DNA of 62,979 nucleotides, counting the filler, from Rhabdomonas costata (lineage: Eukaryota), in assembly GCA_019059605.1 (NCBI GenBank). It is 34 parts of 34 records of this genome, joined end to end, with 100 filler letters (N's around TTAATTAATTAA, not from the genome) between each part and the next. Parts side by side here need not be neighbours in the genome. Positions count along the whole stretch, not along the records: positions 12,996 to 14,751 come from JAHMHO010009527.1; positions 14,852 to 16,606 come from JAHMHO010009528.1; positions 16,707 to 18,462 come from JAHMHO010009529.1; positions 18,563 to 20,318 come from JAHMHO010009530.1; positions 20,419 to 22,174 come from JAHMHO010009531.1; positions 22,275 to 24,030 come from JAHMHO010009532.1; positions 24,131 to 25,886 come from JAHMHO010009533.1; 27 more parts are not named here. One strand, written 5' to 3'. The position numbers and the translations under genes were made by a program. The notes beneath the pieces are model-generated. The model made no database searches. It worked only from the letters and a program-made list of their open reading frames with translations, and was not told the origin of the DNA. This document shows positions 13,351 through 25,609 of the stretch, one piece after another. The number at the start of each line of letters is the position of its first letter. Positions within the stretch are counted from its first letter, which is position 1.

Positions 13351-14684
13351 CGGCGGAGCATGCGCGGGCATTGGAGAGGAAGCGGCAGGAGGATGGCAGC
13401 CGTGGTGCGAAGTTCCAGGAACGTCAATACCGCGAGACTGCGGAGGCCCTCCGCGAGGAGATGAACGCCCTGGGCACCAAAGTGGTGTGGTGCGCTGCCT
13501 TCTCTGCTTTGTGAGTAGTAAGCAGTAAGTTGTTGATGTGCTGAACAACAAAAGGTGCCGAATTCCGACGTGGTGCAGGTATTTCCCGGATGGAGCTACC
13601 ACATGAAGGCAATGAGTCCTTGAAAAAAAAAAGCTAGAAAACTAGGAGGCTGATGTTTGGATGTTTTATTTGCTGTGTTAGCATTCATTACCTGTAATGC
13701 AGTGACAAACAAAACCCTCTCCACTATCATAATAACCCACCAGCACAATGGATTTTGGGTCATAGCAGTAGGACCTGGTATCTAGCACATCCTGGAAATA
13801 TCTCTACGGAACTTCTCTTATCCCCCCGCTGCCAGACAGACAAGTTAATTGGGCGCTGGTGCCGCCCACTATCCTTCTGAAGGCCTCGATTGGAATCGAT
13901 CATTTGGATACTTCCATCGCCCTCTCCCTCCAGAATGTAGCTGGACGAAAAGCCACGCTTGGTTCCATTGTTGGGGATCGCAATGTGAATTAGGAAGGGG
14001 CACTGGCTGTCGTGAAGCAGACCCGCGTGGAGATCAACCAACAGCTCGAGAATGAGCGGGGAGCTCAGGTGGCACGGATGGAGCTGGAGCTGCAGCGCTA
14101 CGAAGAGCGCAGCCGCCAGCGGGACTGTGCCATGCAGGAGGTGCCGCGGGCCTTGTTTCCCTTCTCCCTTCTCCTTTCACCCATTCTCCTCCACAGCCTT
14201 TCTGAGCTTCAAAAACAGTCGCTGCATTATTACAAGCTGGAGTTGACCTTCGAGAGTGAGGAAGTAGTCGGACTTTGTAAAGAGGTTGGCTGAGGAAGGG
14301 GTGACCTCTGTGTCTCGTACAATTGTTGTGTGTGCTCTGGGGTCAGGAACCCGCCGCACATGAAGCTGCTGCACTGTTGTCATGCGCGGGTTTTTGTCAT
14401 GCTAAAAATGTTCCTTTCTGTTCGTTTGAAGACGTCCTCTTTTTTCTCGCCTCGCGTGTGCGCTTGAGTGAGATGAGACCACCACAAACAAAACCAGAGA
14501 AGGGTGCTGTGGCGACCTTCGACCCACCGTACAATATGTTCTCCTCCTTGTCTCCAAGTGATGAAGAGGAGTATGACGTCCTCGGGGGTGAATTGTCTGT
14601 GGGATCCCTACCTGTATTCATCGGCACAGGTTCGGGCCTCGGTGACGAAGGAAATGCTTGAGGTGCAAAAGCTCGCCCGAGAGT
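13351..14684 (+). CDS. Hypothetical coiled-coil protein, multi-exon fragment
   Basis: E/R/Q-rich exons with GT-AG borders (AEHARALERKRQE..., TRVEINQQLENERGAQVARMELELQRYEE..., SLHYYKLELTFESEE..., VRASVTKEMLEVQKLARE). Confidence 0.45.
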
Positions 14685-14904
14685 ACGTCATACTCCTCTT
14701 CATCACTTGGAGACAAGGAGGAGAACATATTGTACGGTGGGTCGAAGGTCGNNNNNNNNNNNNNNNNNNNNNNNNNNNNNNNNNNNNNNNNNNNNTTAAT
14801 TAATTAANNNNNNNNNNNNNNNNNNNNNNNNNNNNNNNNNNNNNNNNNNNNGTGTGGTGTGTGAACAGTAAACAATCCTCAAGGCACAAAAAGGAACACG
14901 CAAC

Positions 14905-16328
14905 GAGCCTGGCCTCCCCGCCGGTAGCCGCGTAGGGCACAAAAAGGTACCCCCCTGGCTGAGGGGGCAAGGCTAAGACCTCAAGGCCACACTCTGACCC
15001 GGTCCCGCTGTGGGGTTCAATCCTTTGACCCACTCTGGTGAGCTCTGAACCGTTGCACTGGAACAGGGCCAGGCCCGCCCTCGGACGGGTCGTCGCGACC
15101 GTCGCGATCGCATCGGGGGCAGCCACGGCAACAATATCTGTGGTGGAGTCCACCTCAAAATGGAAGGAAGGGTTCTGCGACAGGGCGTTCGGGGTGGCCA
15201 AGGGGCCTGCCCCACCCCGCAGTTCGCTCCAGTTGCCTGAGAAATCACAATCAGCGCAGCGATTAGCAACAAAAGCTCACTAATCCTTTTTCTGAAATAT
15301 GGCAAGCGAAGCCTTTAGAAATTGGCAATGCCACAGACGTATGCAACGTATACATATAGATGCCTTGCAGTCAGCTGGCATAGAAAGGCTGAGGGTGCAA
15401 GGACCGGCCACGCAGCGTTTCGGGCCAATACGAAGGACCCCGGATTTGCTTCAGCTTCGCCCACACAATGTTAAATCAGGTTCTGGAGCAAAAAAAAAAA
15501 GGGTAAATCCCAACGCGAGGTGCTGCGCACACTACTACTGAAAGGTGTGGAGTTGTAGAGAAATTGTGGCTTTGAGGATGAATTCGCCAGCTTGTGTGGA
15601 ACCAAACTAACTAAACTAAAAGGGACTGACAACTTACCGAAGAACACAGGTAGAACAGACTACGAAACCTCATGGGGATTTCTATGTCGGCCTTACATCA
15701 ACATTGAATGGACACAACTGCTGCCGAGCGGCGAACAAGGAGTGGATGAAAGAAACGAAAGGAAAAGCGCAGACAACGGGCTGAACCTGTGGCTGTGTAC
15801 GTGACCCAGTCCGTCTCTGAAGAAATGGGAAGCGGTGCGAGAGCCCGCTCTGACCACAGCGTGAGGGAGTAGCCCTGAGAGGGTTGCCCGCGGTCTCCAG
15901 CACTGCCGCCGCAGGGCAGCCAACAGCTACCTTGCTGTGGGAGTTCCAGCCACCCGCACAGGCTAGACTGCCGCACCGGAGGCATCTGTTGACGTTCGTA
16001 CAAAAAAAGGTATCAGGTATGATTACCACAACCATCTGGAAAGGAGAACGTGAAGAAATAAATCTATTCACCATTCTCCTTGAGAACAACATGACTTTAC
16101 CTCCAAACACCACAAAATCAGAAAGAGCGGGACACAGGGGCGCTTCCACAAATGAAATGGTCCCCCAATACAAGCACACGGGGAAATACGCGGGCTAAAA
16201 AGCAAGAAGAACTATTCAGCCGTGGCCTGGTAGTGGGATGGATAGCGAGAGAGGGGGGGGGGTACATACCTCGTAAAGAATCCACGACGGTGAGGGGAGC
16301 TGCAGAGTACGCCGATGCCGGTGCATTC
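14905..16328 (-). CDS. Calpain-family protein fragment with tandem domain III (CBSW/C2-like)
   Basis: Exons 16328-16270, 15962-15787 and 15236 to about 14905 splice in frame: ...LELPQQG...GYSLTLWSE (end of one domain III), then WVTYTATGNWSELRGGAG...QNPSFHFEV...LPPQPGGYLFVPY (G.W...GG, NP.F and PG.Y..VP motifs). Confidence 0.6.
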
Positions 16329-17337
16329 CTTTCAGCACGTACAACCCTGGAGTGAGTTGGGAAGTAAAACAAACTGCAACTGCCTCTGGGAGGTCTGCCT
16401 ACTTTCGCCATAGCCGCAAAAGCAATTTCAGAAAAATACACCCACACACACCGAATAATATGTTTCCCCGTCCAAAACAGCGCAATTGGAGTGCATCGCT
16501 TTAACGCTTACCCAGAAGGTCCACAGAATTTCGAGTCACGCTGTGCTTTGCGTTGTTCACTGCCTTTTGTCGCCACATAAACGCTCCCCACATTTCAACA
16601 ACAAACNNNNNNNNNNNNNNNNNNNNNNNNNNNNNNNNNNNNNNNNNNNNTTAATTAATTAANNNNNNNNNNNNNNNNNNNNNNNNNNNNNNNNNNNNNN
16701 NNNNNNGTGTTGGGTGTGGTTGGTGGGTTGGTGAACGTGTCAGTGGACTGGGGTTAGGCATTCTTCGGAAGTAGGGCGGGGCTGATAAGTTGCGCGTTGG
16801 CTTGGAATACATACGTCAGTTTCGGAGGGACTTTTTTTGGCGGCCGAACGGCTTGCCTCATGAGCATGCCCCCGGGCTTGAAATTATTGGTGGGAGAAAC
16901 ATCATAAGCATAAGCTCTGTCGAAAGCAAAGCTTGATCTAAAGAGCGTGTGATGCAACCCAGTTCTCCATTATGGGAATTGCCAAACCATTGGCCTGGGC
17001 GAAGGGGTCGCGGGGAAGGGAAGGGATTGCACAAACGGCACTCCAGCGCAGGAGAAAACCCAGCAGGGAGAAAACCAGGGTGATGAGGCAGTTTTCAGAG
17101 GCAAGGGTGAACGCACTATGACTGAGTGGGACCGCAGAACGAGGCTCACATGACACTCAGCATTTCACTGCGTGCTCCCAAGAAGCGCCATGTTTCCTAG
17201 TGACATCTCTTCTTGTCATCAATCGATTTCGGGCCACTGCTTTTTGCACTTCCTTTAGCCCCTCCTGTCCCCCCAACACAGCACCGTTTGCCTGTTGGCC
17301 TTCGGCCATGGCATTTTCACCCCTTTCTCTGGCTCAG

Positions 17338-17479
17338 GCTTCCCGCGGCCGTGGTGGTGGTGCAGCGATTTGTGCGCTTGCTGTACGCCATACGGGCGGC
17401 CAAGGCGAGGACGCAGGAGCGGATCAGACTTCGTCAGGAACTGATTCGCAACGATAGTGCTCGGGTGGTGCAAACCCAT
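17338..17479 (+). CDS. Internal exon with IQ calmodulin-binding-like motifs
   Basis: cag|..AAVVVVQRFVRLLYA...SARVVQTH|gtatgg. Two IQ-like segments with canonical splice sites. Confidence 0.4.
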
Positions 17480-18630
17480 GTATGGAGGGCCTCTTTCTCA
17501 AGAACCTCTGCTTCCTTTGTCATTCCTGGCGTTGCATGCTCCGCGTTTTGTCAAAAGAAAGAAGGAAAGAAGAGAAAGAAGAGAAAGGCCCACCACAAAA
17601 CGCTCAGGGGAAAAGGCCCCCTTTGAGCTGCGAGGCTGCTAAAGAAGTTGGTACCGCTCTGCAAGTCCGAAGGTGCAGGTATAAATCAATAACGAGCCAA
17701 ACTGTATCACTTTTGAGGTGATGTGGGCATTATTTAGCAAGTTTCTGGGATGATTAGCCACGACAGCAAGCTGTCCCTTCCGATTGCCGCAGTCGGTTGG
17801 TGACTGTGACTGTGATGTTCGCGGCCTCGTGTCGCAGAGACCACAGAGAAAACGGCAAGGGACGCGGTTGGCCCGGAGCCCTCTATGGATCACTGAGTAC
17901 GCACACAGCACAGGCACTCTGAACACACAGATGATTTCCAGTGGCGGCAGCCTTCCCCAAACCCCTTACCAACTAGGAACAAACGCAAACCCCCAAACGC
18001 ACACCCATTGTGTCTTCGTGGTGCTGCAGTGGGTATGTGTTGCTACGTATTGCTCGAAATTTCGCCCGCTTCAACTGCTTCAGCTTGGGAAAGCTTGGAT
18101 TGCACACCAAAGCAGGGCACGTCCTTGTGCTCCTCGCCTATCTTATTGCAGTTATGCCTGGGCATAGAACAGATTTACTTCGCTGGCCCAAGAAGGCCGT
18201 CCGCCCTTGGGCAGCCCCCACCCAATAGCGAGGGAGCCAATCCTGGAGCCTCGTGCACACAGAGCGCTGCACTGTGCGGTGACGTGTGCGGTGGAGGGCG
18301 CGTTCCCACATCCCATTTCCCACAGGTCCGGGAATGGTTCCGTCGGCTTCAATTGCCGGCATCCTTCCGCCGGCCAATCGTTCCCAATGGCTCCTCTTCT
18401 CCCCCCTTCACCCCGCCCGGCACGCTTCTGGGCTGCGTCCCGCGGTGTCCCTCCCACCAAAANNNNNNNNNNNNNNNNNNNNNNNNNNNNNNNNNNNNNN
18501 NNNNNNTTAATTAATTAANNNNNNNNNNNNNNNNNNNNNNNNNNNNNNNNNNNNNNNNNNNNGGGTTTTTGGGAAGTAGAATCATATACTAATAATTGTT
18601 TATTTTGTGGATTAACAATACCAACATCAT

Positions 18631-20316
18631 AAATGGATCAATGCCTATGCTTTATTAGCTAATTCCCTTTATGATGTTGGTATTGTTAATCCACAAAATA
18701 AACAATTATTAGTATATGATTCTACTTCCCAAAAATGGATTAATACATATGGTTTATTATCTACTTTAGCTGATGTTGTTATCTCTGGACTAGCTGATAA
18801 ACAATTCTTAGTTTATGATTCTTCAACTTCACAATGGAATAATGTTTCATGTCTTTTATCATCTTTAATTGAAGATGTAAATATCTCCAATCCTCAAGAT
18901 AAACAATTATTTGTGTATAATTACAATTTACAACAATGGGAGAACACAACTGGTCTTTTATCCAATGTATTAAAAGATGTAAATATTTCTTCACCTTCTG
19001 ATTATCAATTATTAGTATATAATGCATCATCAAATCGCTGGACTAATATGACTGGTAAATTAGCAGCTTCATTGTCTGATGTATCAATTAATGATCAACA
19101 AAAAAATCAATTATTTATATACAATTCTTCAACTCATCAATGGGTAAATTCTACCGGTTTGTTATCTGTATCATTAGGCGACGTGAAAATCACGTCTCCA
19201 ACAAATCATCAATTACTTATATATGATTCAGCTATTAATAAATGGTCTAATTCATTAGGATTGTTATCTGCATCATTAGGCGACGTGAAAATCACGTCTC
19301 CAGCAAATAATCAATTACTTGTTTATGATTCCATTTCTGAAACATGGAAAAATACAACTGGTTTATTATCTGCATCTCTTACTGATGTATTAATTTCTTC
19401 TCCTGCAAATAATCAATTACTTATATTTGATACTTTGTCAAATAAATGGAAAAATGCAACTGGTTCTTTACATTCTTCTTTAAGTGATGTAAGTATCACG
19501 TCACCGTCAAATAATCAATTACTTGTTTATGACAATGCAACTTCAACATGGAAAAATTCAACTGGATTGTTAAGTGTTTCTTTAAGCGATGTAAGTATTA
19601 CGTCGCCTTCAGATCATCAATTACTTGTTTATGATAATACAACTTCAAAATGGAAAAATTCAACTGGATTGTTAAGTGTTTCTTTAGGCGATGTTTACAT
19701 CGCCTCACCATTAGATCATCAATTACTTGTTTATGATTTCATAAATAAAAAGTGGATAAATTCAACTGGTTTATTGTCTGTATCATTAGGAGACGTTGAA
19801 ATAACGTCTCCAATAAATCATCAACTATTAATTTTTGATTCTGTATCTAATAAATGGATTAATACATCCGGATCACTAAGTGTTTCATTATCTGATGTGA
19901 ATATCACGTCTCCATTAGAAAATCAATTACTTGTTTTTGATTCTACATCTAATAAATGGAAAAATACAACTGGTTTGTTAAGTGTTTCTTTAAACGATGT
20001 GAACATCACATCGTTAACAGATAATCAAATACTTGTTTATAATTCTGCATCTGGTAAATGGATAAATTCAAGTACATTATTAGACACAGTATTTACCTTA
20101 GAAAACACCACTGACCAAACTAAAAAAATTAAAATATCATTATCTGAAGTAACAAGTGGGCAAACAAGAATTTTAACTGTTCCTGATGCTTCTTGTGTCC
20201 TTGTGAGATACTAATGTTCAGACTTTAACTAACAAAACATTAGTTGATCCATCAAATAATATCATGGCAAATTCTCTAAAATCTGCAACTACAATGATTG
20301 ATGTATCATCTGCAAA
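18631..20316 (+). CDS. AT-rich virus-like fibre/surface repeat protein (about 14 x 34-aa repeats plus a T-rich C-terminal module); frameshift near 20206, truncated at both ends
   Basis: Frame is open from 18631, upstream of the ORF-track start. Repeat consensus WxNxTGLLSxSLxDVxIxSPxxxQLLxYDxxxxK, then TKKIKISLSEVTSGQTRILTVPDAS, then in the +1 frame DTNVQTLTNKTLVDPSNNIMANSLKSATT. No introns and far more AT-rich than neighbouring contigs. Confidence 0.75.
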
Positions 20317-21348
20317 CANNNNNNNNNNNNNNNNNNNNNNNNNNNNNNNNNNNNNNNNNNNNTTAATTAATTAANNNNNNNNNNNNNNNNNNNNNNNNNN
20401 NNNNNNNNNNNNNNNNNNGGTGTTGGGTGTGGTTGGTTTTGGTGGGGAGCTTGGCAGGCGCCTGGTCCCGAATGTAGCTGGTCCTTGCGCCTCTGCTGTT
20501 GGGCTGGAGGTTCTTCTGAAGGTTGCTGCACAGATCGCATTGGCACCCTAATCGGAAGAGCTTGTCCTGCATTGTCGCGGCAGGACACGCTTCCACAGCT
20601 GCCTCGTATGTTGGCATGTTGGGCGTCAGGTGTACACCAAGAACTGGCTCGGCTGGCGTCGGGGCTTGAATTCCCTGCACCGCTTCATTGGTCACACGCC
20701 CCTCATTTTAATCTTCAATAACGTTGTGTTGAATCTGTTTGGTGGACAGCCTATTCGAGGCATCCACGTTTCGAAGAACACACGAAGCCGACGCTCTTGA
20801 TCAGCACCATCAGTGAGGATTGCCTCCCTTACCTGACTGCCCAGCGTGAGGTACCGTGGCAATGGAGTTGCATTTTTATATGGCCCTGCAATGCAAACAG
20901 TGTGCTACGTTGTCTGAAAGCACCGCACGGAGAGTTGGTTTGGGAAACTTGTGAACTTTATGGCCCGATTGCCAGATGCAGCTGTCTTTGATTCTGAAAT
21001 CGAAGTCCTGTCCTTCTGCTGAGCTCCTGCTTCGTGCTTACCCCGGTCAGGATCAGAACGAGAGGCTTTTTCCTCGTCAACTCGCTTCGCATTGCCTTCG
21101 ATGCTTCGATTGACTTCTTCATGGCAGTGCCTGTACACTATATCTTTATCTTTCCCCCCCTTCCCGGTGCGAGCTTCTTTCCACCCTTCCTCTACCTTTA
21201 TCCTTTTTTGTGGGTGGTGTGGGTGGTGTACCGAGAAGTGGTTGCTTCTTGCGTGGCTGTCAATTCTTCCTGTTGCTGACTCTTTTTTTTTGGAGCGGTG
21301 AGCTCATAGCACCTTTGTTTAGGCGAGCGGGGTAGTGGTGGTGGGCGA

Positions 21349-21525
21349 ATGTCGGTGTGGGAGAAGCTTGTGGGACTGCGCAACAAGGCGGCGTGGGCCT
21401 CCCCGAGGCGCGCGCACACCGCGGTGGGGGTAGGGCCGTGCTCGCTGGTGATCTGGGGTGGCCGCACCCGCGACTCCAAGGTGCCCGGGGTGAGTGTGCT
21501 GAACACTGCCACCTCCAGCTGGGAG
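21349..21525 (+). CDS. Kelch-repeat protein, first coding exon
   Basis: MSVWEKL...SPRRAHTAVGVGPCSLVIWGG...VLNTATSSWE|gt matches the kelch pattern PR..H....(V/I)xxGG...W. Confidence 0.7.
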
Positions 21526-22799
21526 GTCGCTCCTTCGCCCCCACACACCCACACCCACACACGCCCATCCAAATGCGATAAGACTGCCGTGGTATTACTT
21601 TCCCCCACTTTTTTCTAAAAGTGCCGAAGCGTTCGCAAATGCCGCAGTCTAATCGCATTTGGATTTCAGCTAATGAGGAGCAACGCCCGCACGTCACCCA
21701 ATTTCACAGTGCCCCGTCCCTCCCTCCCTCCGTCCCTGGCATTACGTCACTATTGCGTCCCCACACCGGCACTGCCTGCTCGTTGTCCCCTTCTAGAACA
21801 CAATCCACAGTGGCAAGCAGGCACTTCGCGTAGTTGCGTGTGAAGAAAGACACGCGAGTAGTCACCAGTGCACTCAGGACGCAGGAGAAACAGGTCAGCC
21901 CAGGCGCCGAAGGAGCCGGAATTTGTGCCTGCATTAGAGATTGGACTTTTCCCTCCAACTGAATTTCGATTAAACAGCCCGGCTTGGCTTGCATTGGACT
22001 CTTTGAAATCTTGCTCAGACCCCTGTTATCTCGGGACCGGCCCCCGCGCTGCGCTGGAACCACACGGCATCTGCCTTGGACAAAAAGGTCTTCATCTTCG
22101 GTGCGTGCGCGCCACTCGTTACGTTTCTGTGCCTCTCTCTCCCTCTCTCTCGCTTGCTCTTTCTTAGCCCAAACNNNNNNNNNNNNNNNNNNNNNNNNNN
22201 NNNNNNNNNNNNNNNNNNTTAATTAATTAANNNNNNNNNNNNNNNNNNNNNNNNNNNNNNNNNNNNNNNNNNNNGTGTTGGGTGTGGTTGGGTTTGGGAG
22301 GAAATGTCAAGTGCGCTGACGAAAAATAAAGGGAGATAAACAATCAGCACCAAAATATTGGGCTGTATTACTACAATTGTCGCTGAGCGGGAAACGTAAT
22401 GTCGTGCTGGCGATGCGGACTGGTGACACGAGGGAGGGATTATTGTGGTGCTATAGTGGAGTGTGCTTTACACTGAGTTCAGGGTGAGCAATGTCTTGCG
22501 CGTGCACCGCCACACCAGTGCTTGCGCAGCAGGAGTTAATAGGGCACCAACAGGAAGAAATGAGGTTCAGAGACGATGTCTTATTTCACAATCGAGAGCC
22601 TCGGCATGGGCTGCTTCAGTCTTCCCACGATGTTTGCTGTCAGCCAATTCAATGCAAGCCCAATCCTCGTATCATGCCCTCAAGAAACCTCGCTTTCCAC
22701 TCCAAGGAATTTACAATTTGCGACAACAGAATGCGAAAGGGGCAAAAGGGGCAAAGGAAGCAATATTAGGTATAACACAAAATAAAGGAAAGGAGGAAA

Positions 22800-23780
22800 A
22801 GCTGACTTAGAGCCTTCACGGACAGGAAGGCCTTCCCACACTGTGGACACTCCGGATGACCAGTCGCATCCTGATGATGATACAAGGCGGACTCTGACTT
22901 TCTCACACAATACCCACAGCGCCACATCTCGTTGTAATAGCTCTGATAAAAAGAATAAAATAAACATCGCTCGCCACTGACACTCTTAATTGTACAATTG
23001 ACCAGCATTCCAGGATCTTGATGACCACTCGCATCCCGGTGCTTATACTCCGCTCGATTTTTGGCAAAATCCCTTCTACATTCCCTGCAGATCCGCACCT
23101 CGTTGCAATCGGGGTTACAATCCATATCTTTCCGATGTTTTGGCAATTGCTCCCAGCATTCACACCACCATGCTTCCTGACAAATGCCCAGCATCATATA
23201 GATGCTTCACAAGAGCTTTTGCGGACTTAAAGGTCTTCCCGCACAGCAAGCAGGTATGGTCGTGATGACCGGTCACCTGCTGGTGCTGGTGTAAGGCCGC
23301 CCTCGAAGTAGAATCCCTGCCACGATCTCCGCAATTCCATGACGTGTCAATGTCGTGCCTCCGTTCGTTGATCCGCGCGGAACGTTGCGGCACATCTCCT
23401 TTGACATCAAAATCGGTACTGTGTTGGTCATCTGGCTGGCTAAGGGTGAACATGGAGTCATTGAGCTGGGAGGATTTTGCTGGAATCCCACCCGCAGTTT
23501 CGTCAAGTTCAGGCTTTTCAATCTGCGGAGGCAAGGACGACGTGCAGCCCTCGGCAATGCATATGATCAGAGCTCGCGGTGCATTGAGGGTCTGCGCCTT
23601 CGTGACAATCGCCATCACTACCTTAGCCTCCCACTTTGCCACCCAGTCTCTTCCGCCGAGGGAATCGACCATATCACCCACCTTTCCGAAGGCCTTTTGG
23701 ATGCCCAGCATTCGGCAGATCTCTGCAACTTGATCATGATGACACTCCGGACACGAGTCACAAACTCGAGCTTCCGTATA
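22800..23780 (-). pseudogene. C2H2 zinc-finger array protein with a SAP-like N-terminal helix pair; frame-disrupted or degenerate
   Basis: Fingers CLLCGKTFKSAKALVKHLYDAGH, CRECRRDF...HRDASGH, CGYC...HQDATGH and CPQCGKAFLSVKALSQ. Frame change near 23190 and some fingers lack a Cys. QVAEICRMLGIQKAFGKVGDMVDSL is SAP-like. Confidence 0.6.
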
Positions 23781-24790
23781 CTAATTAGAAATAATGACCA
23801 ATAATGCCTCTTTCAGAAGGCGAAAAGACAGGCGCACTGGCTATTTTCTGTACCCTCGTAAACAGCGAGAGCCCGCGCATTAGTGAAGGGCTATCTGGCG
23901 TTATTGTACACGTGGTCATACGGCCAAAAGGCAACTGTCAAATAATCATTCCAGGATGCCAGCTTCCGAACGATGACTCAAATCTCCAATCATCACCGAT
24001 ATCAGAGAAACAATTACCCAAAGATGGAAANNNNNNNNNNNNNNNNNNNNNNNNNNNNNNNNNNNNNNNNNNNNTTAATTAATTAANNNNNNNNNNNNNN
24101 NNNNNNNNNNNNNNNNNNNNNNNNNNNNNNAAAGTAACGTGCTCCAGTATCGCAATCCCATAATCTCCCTGCTTGCTTGCGTTGCATTCCCAGTTTTATA
24201 TATGCCATATTTTTCTCAAGTTTTCATTCGTTTTCTAAGCGAAGTTATATTTCAATATAAGGTGAGTGATATCCCGAAACTCAGAATTTAGCATGTTACG
24301 AGTTTCCAAGTTCAAGTAAAACGCTGGCACGTAATCAAATTACATATGTTTCGAAAAAAAAAAGACGTTCGCATGTTATTAAGGCCAAAAAGCATGATGT
24401 TCTGAGTTTACGGTGAAAGGAACTGTTCTTTGGGGTGTAGACATGTTTTCATTTTGTCACTCAACCAGCAAAAAACAAAGCACCCCAATCCTTGCCTCCA
24501 ATCAACTTTCAATAAGCTTCTCGTTTCGCTTTTTTAAAGAAGTTCTGCATTACTTGAAAACTCTTTCACGCTCTCATTTGCAAAATTTGCTTACACATTC
24601 CCGCTGGCTTGGGCTGCCCGACAGCGAGAATGGGATAGAGGCTCACACCTGATACATTTTTAAGAAAGAAGGGAGTTCGTGCGCAAAAGCAGCCTTCTGT
24701 TGCAAGCCACATGATTTAAAATTGAGACGCCCTTGATAACCCTGCGTGATGAGGTGGATTTACACACATGACAAGTCTGAGAAGCGGGAC

Positions 24791-25609
24791 CTCCAGCTTT
24801 TTGTCAAAGCAGGCGTAGACCGCCAGGTGGTACACTTGCGCGGGCGGGACCCCAGCGAGGGCCGCGAAGTGCCTCTTGATCACCGCCCCTGCGATGGCCT
24901 GCGGGGGCATCGTGGTGGAGACGTAGGGGATGACCTCAGGGTGGGTCTTCTCCGCGTAGCATACCCACCCAGGGCAGGCCGAGGTGAGCAAGGGAAGGCA
25001 TGGGGGATCCCCCTATAGTTCCGCAGGACAAAAGGCGAAAGCACACGCACAAACATGCACAGGCACCTTGAGCTAGTTAGGAATTCAAATTCTCTGGTAA
25101 GGTCAGCACATCAACACAGTGGCAGGCTTCTCAAGGTGGTGGTTGGAACTGGATCTCGTCCTGCGTTCCACAGAGCCCCAAACTGGGCTTGGACGCTGCG
25201 ACTTTTCTTTGGGGGTGGATTCATGAACAGTCGTACCTTCACATGTGTGAGCAAGAACCACGAACAAAGGAGTAGGGGAAAATTTAATAGGAGGGTCGGA
25301 TTCACGAGACACCTGAGCCAGTCTTCTTTGGTTTTCCCGGAACTTCTCCACAAACTCCTGTGCTTGCTCCAGGAGGGCTATGTTCACCGCCCACATCCCG
25401 TCGGTGACGATACATTCCCGTCCACGGAGGGGGTGCGAGGCCGTGGCTGTGGCCGGCGCTGCGGCCGCGGTGGAAGAGGCCTCCACAGGGGTCGGCCCGA
25501 AGAGTTTGTGCTGAAACAACCACTGCAGCTTTGTAAAGGCCTCGGAAAGCGTGCACTTGAAGTATGCCGCGACGGAGGCACATGCTTGGGGAGGAAGGCT
25601 CACGACCAC
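24791..25609 (-). CDS. NAR1: Cytosolic Fe-S assembly factor NAR1/IOP1/CIAO3 ([FeFe]-hydrogenase-like), two internal exons
   Basis: Exon 25609-25313 (VVVSLPPQACASVAAYF...) joins in phase 0 to exon 25012-24791 (LPLLTSACPGWVCYAEKTHP...CFDKKLE), the signature motifs of the family. Confidence 0.9.

Noticed and set aside
16708..16735. Recurrent GTGTTGGGTGTGGTTGG-like starts and CCCAACAC-like ends of contigs (telomere-like or leader?)
   Set aside because: G/T-only 5' ends and C/A-only 3' ends match self-inert degenerate WGA primers. There is no fixed telomeric unit.
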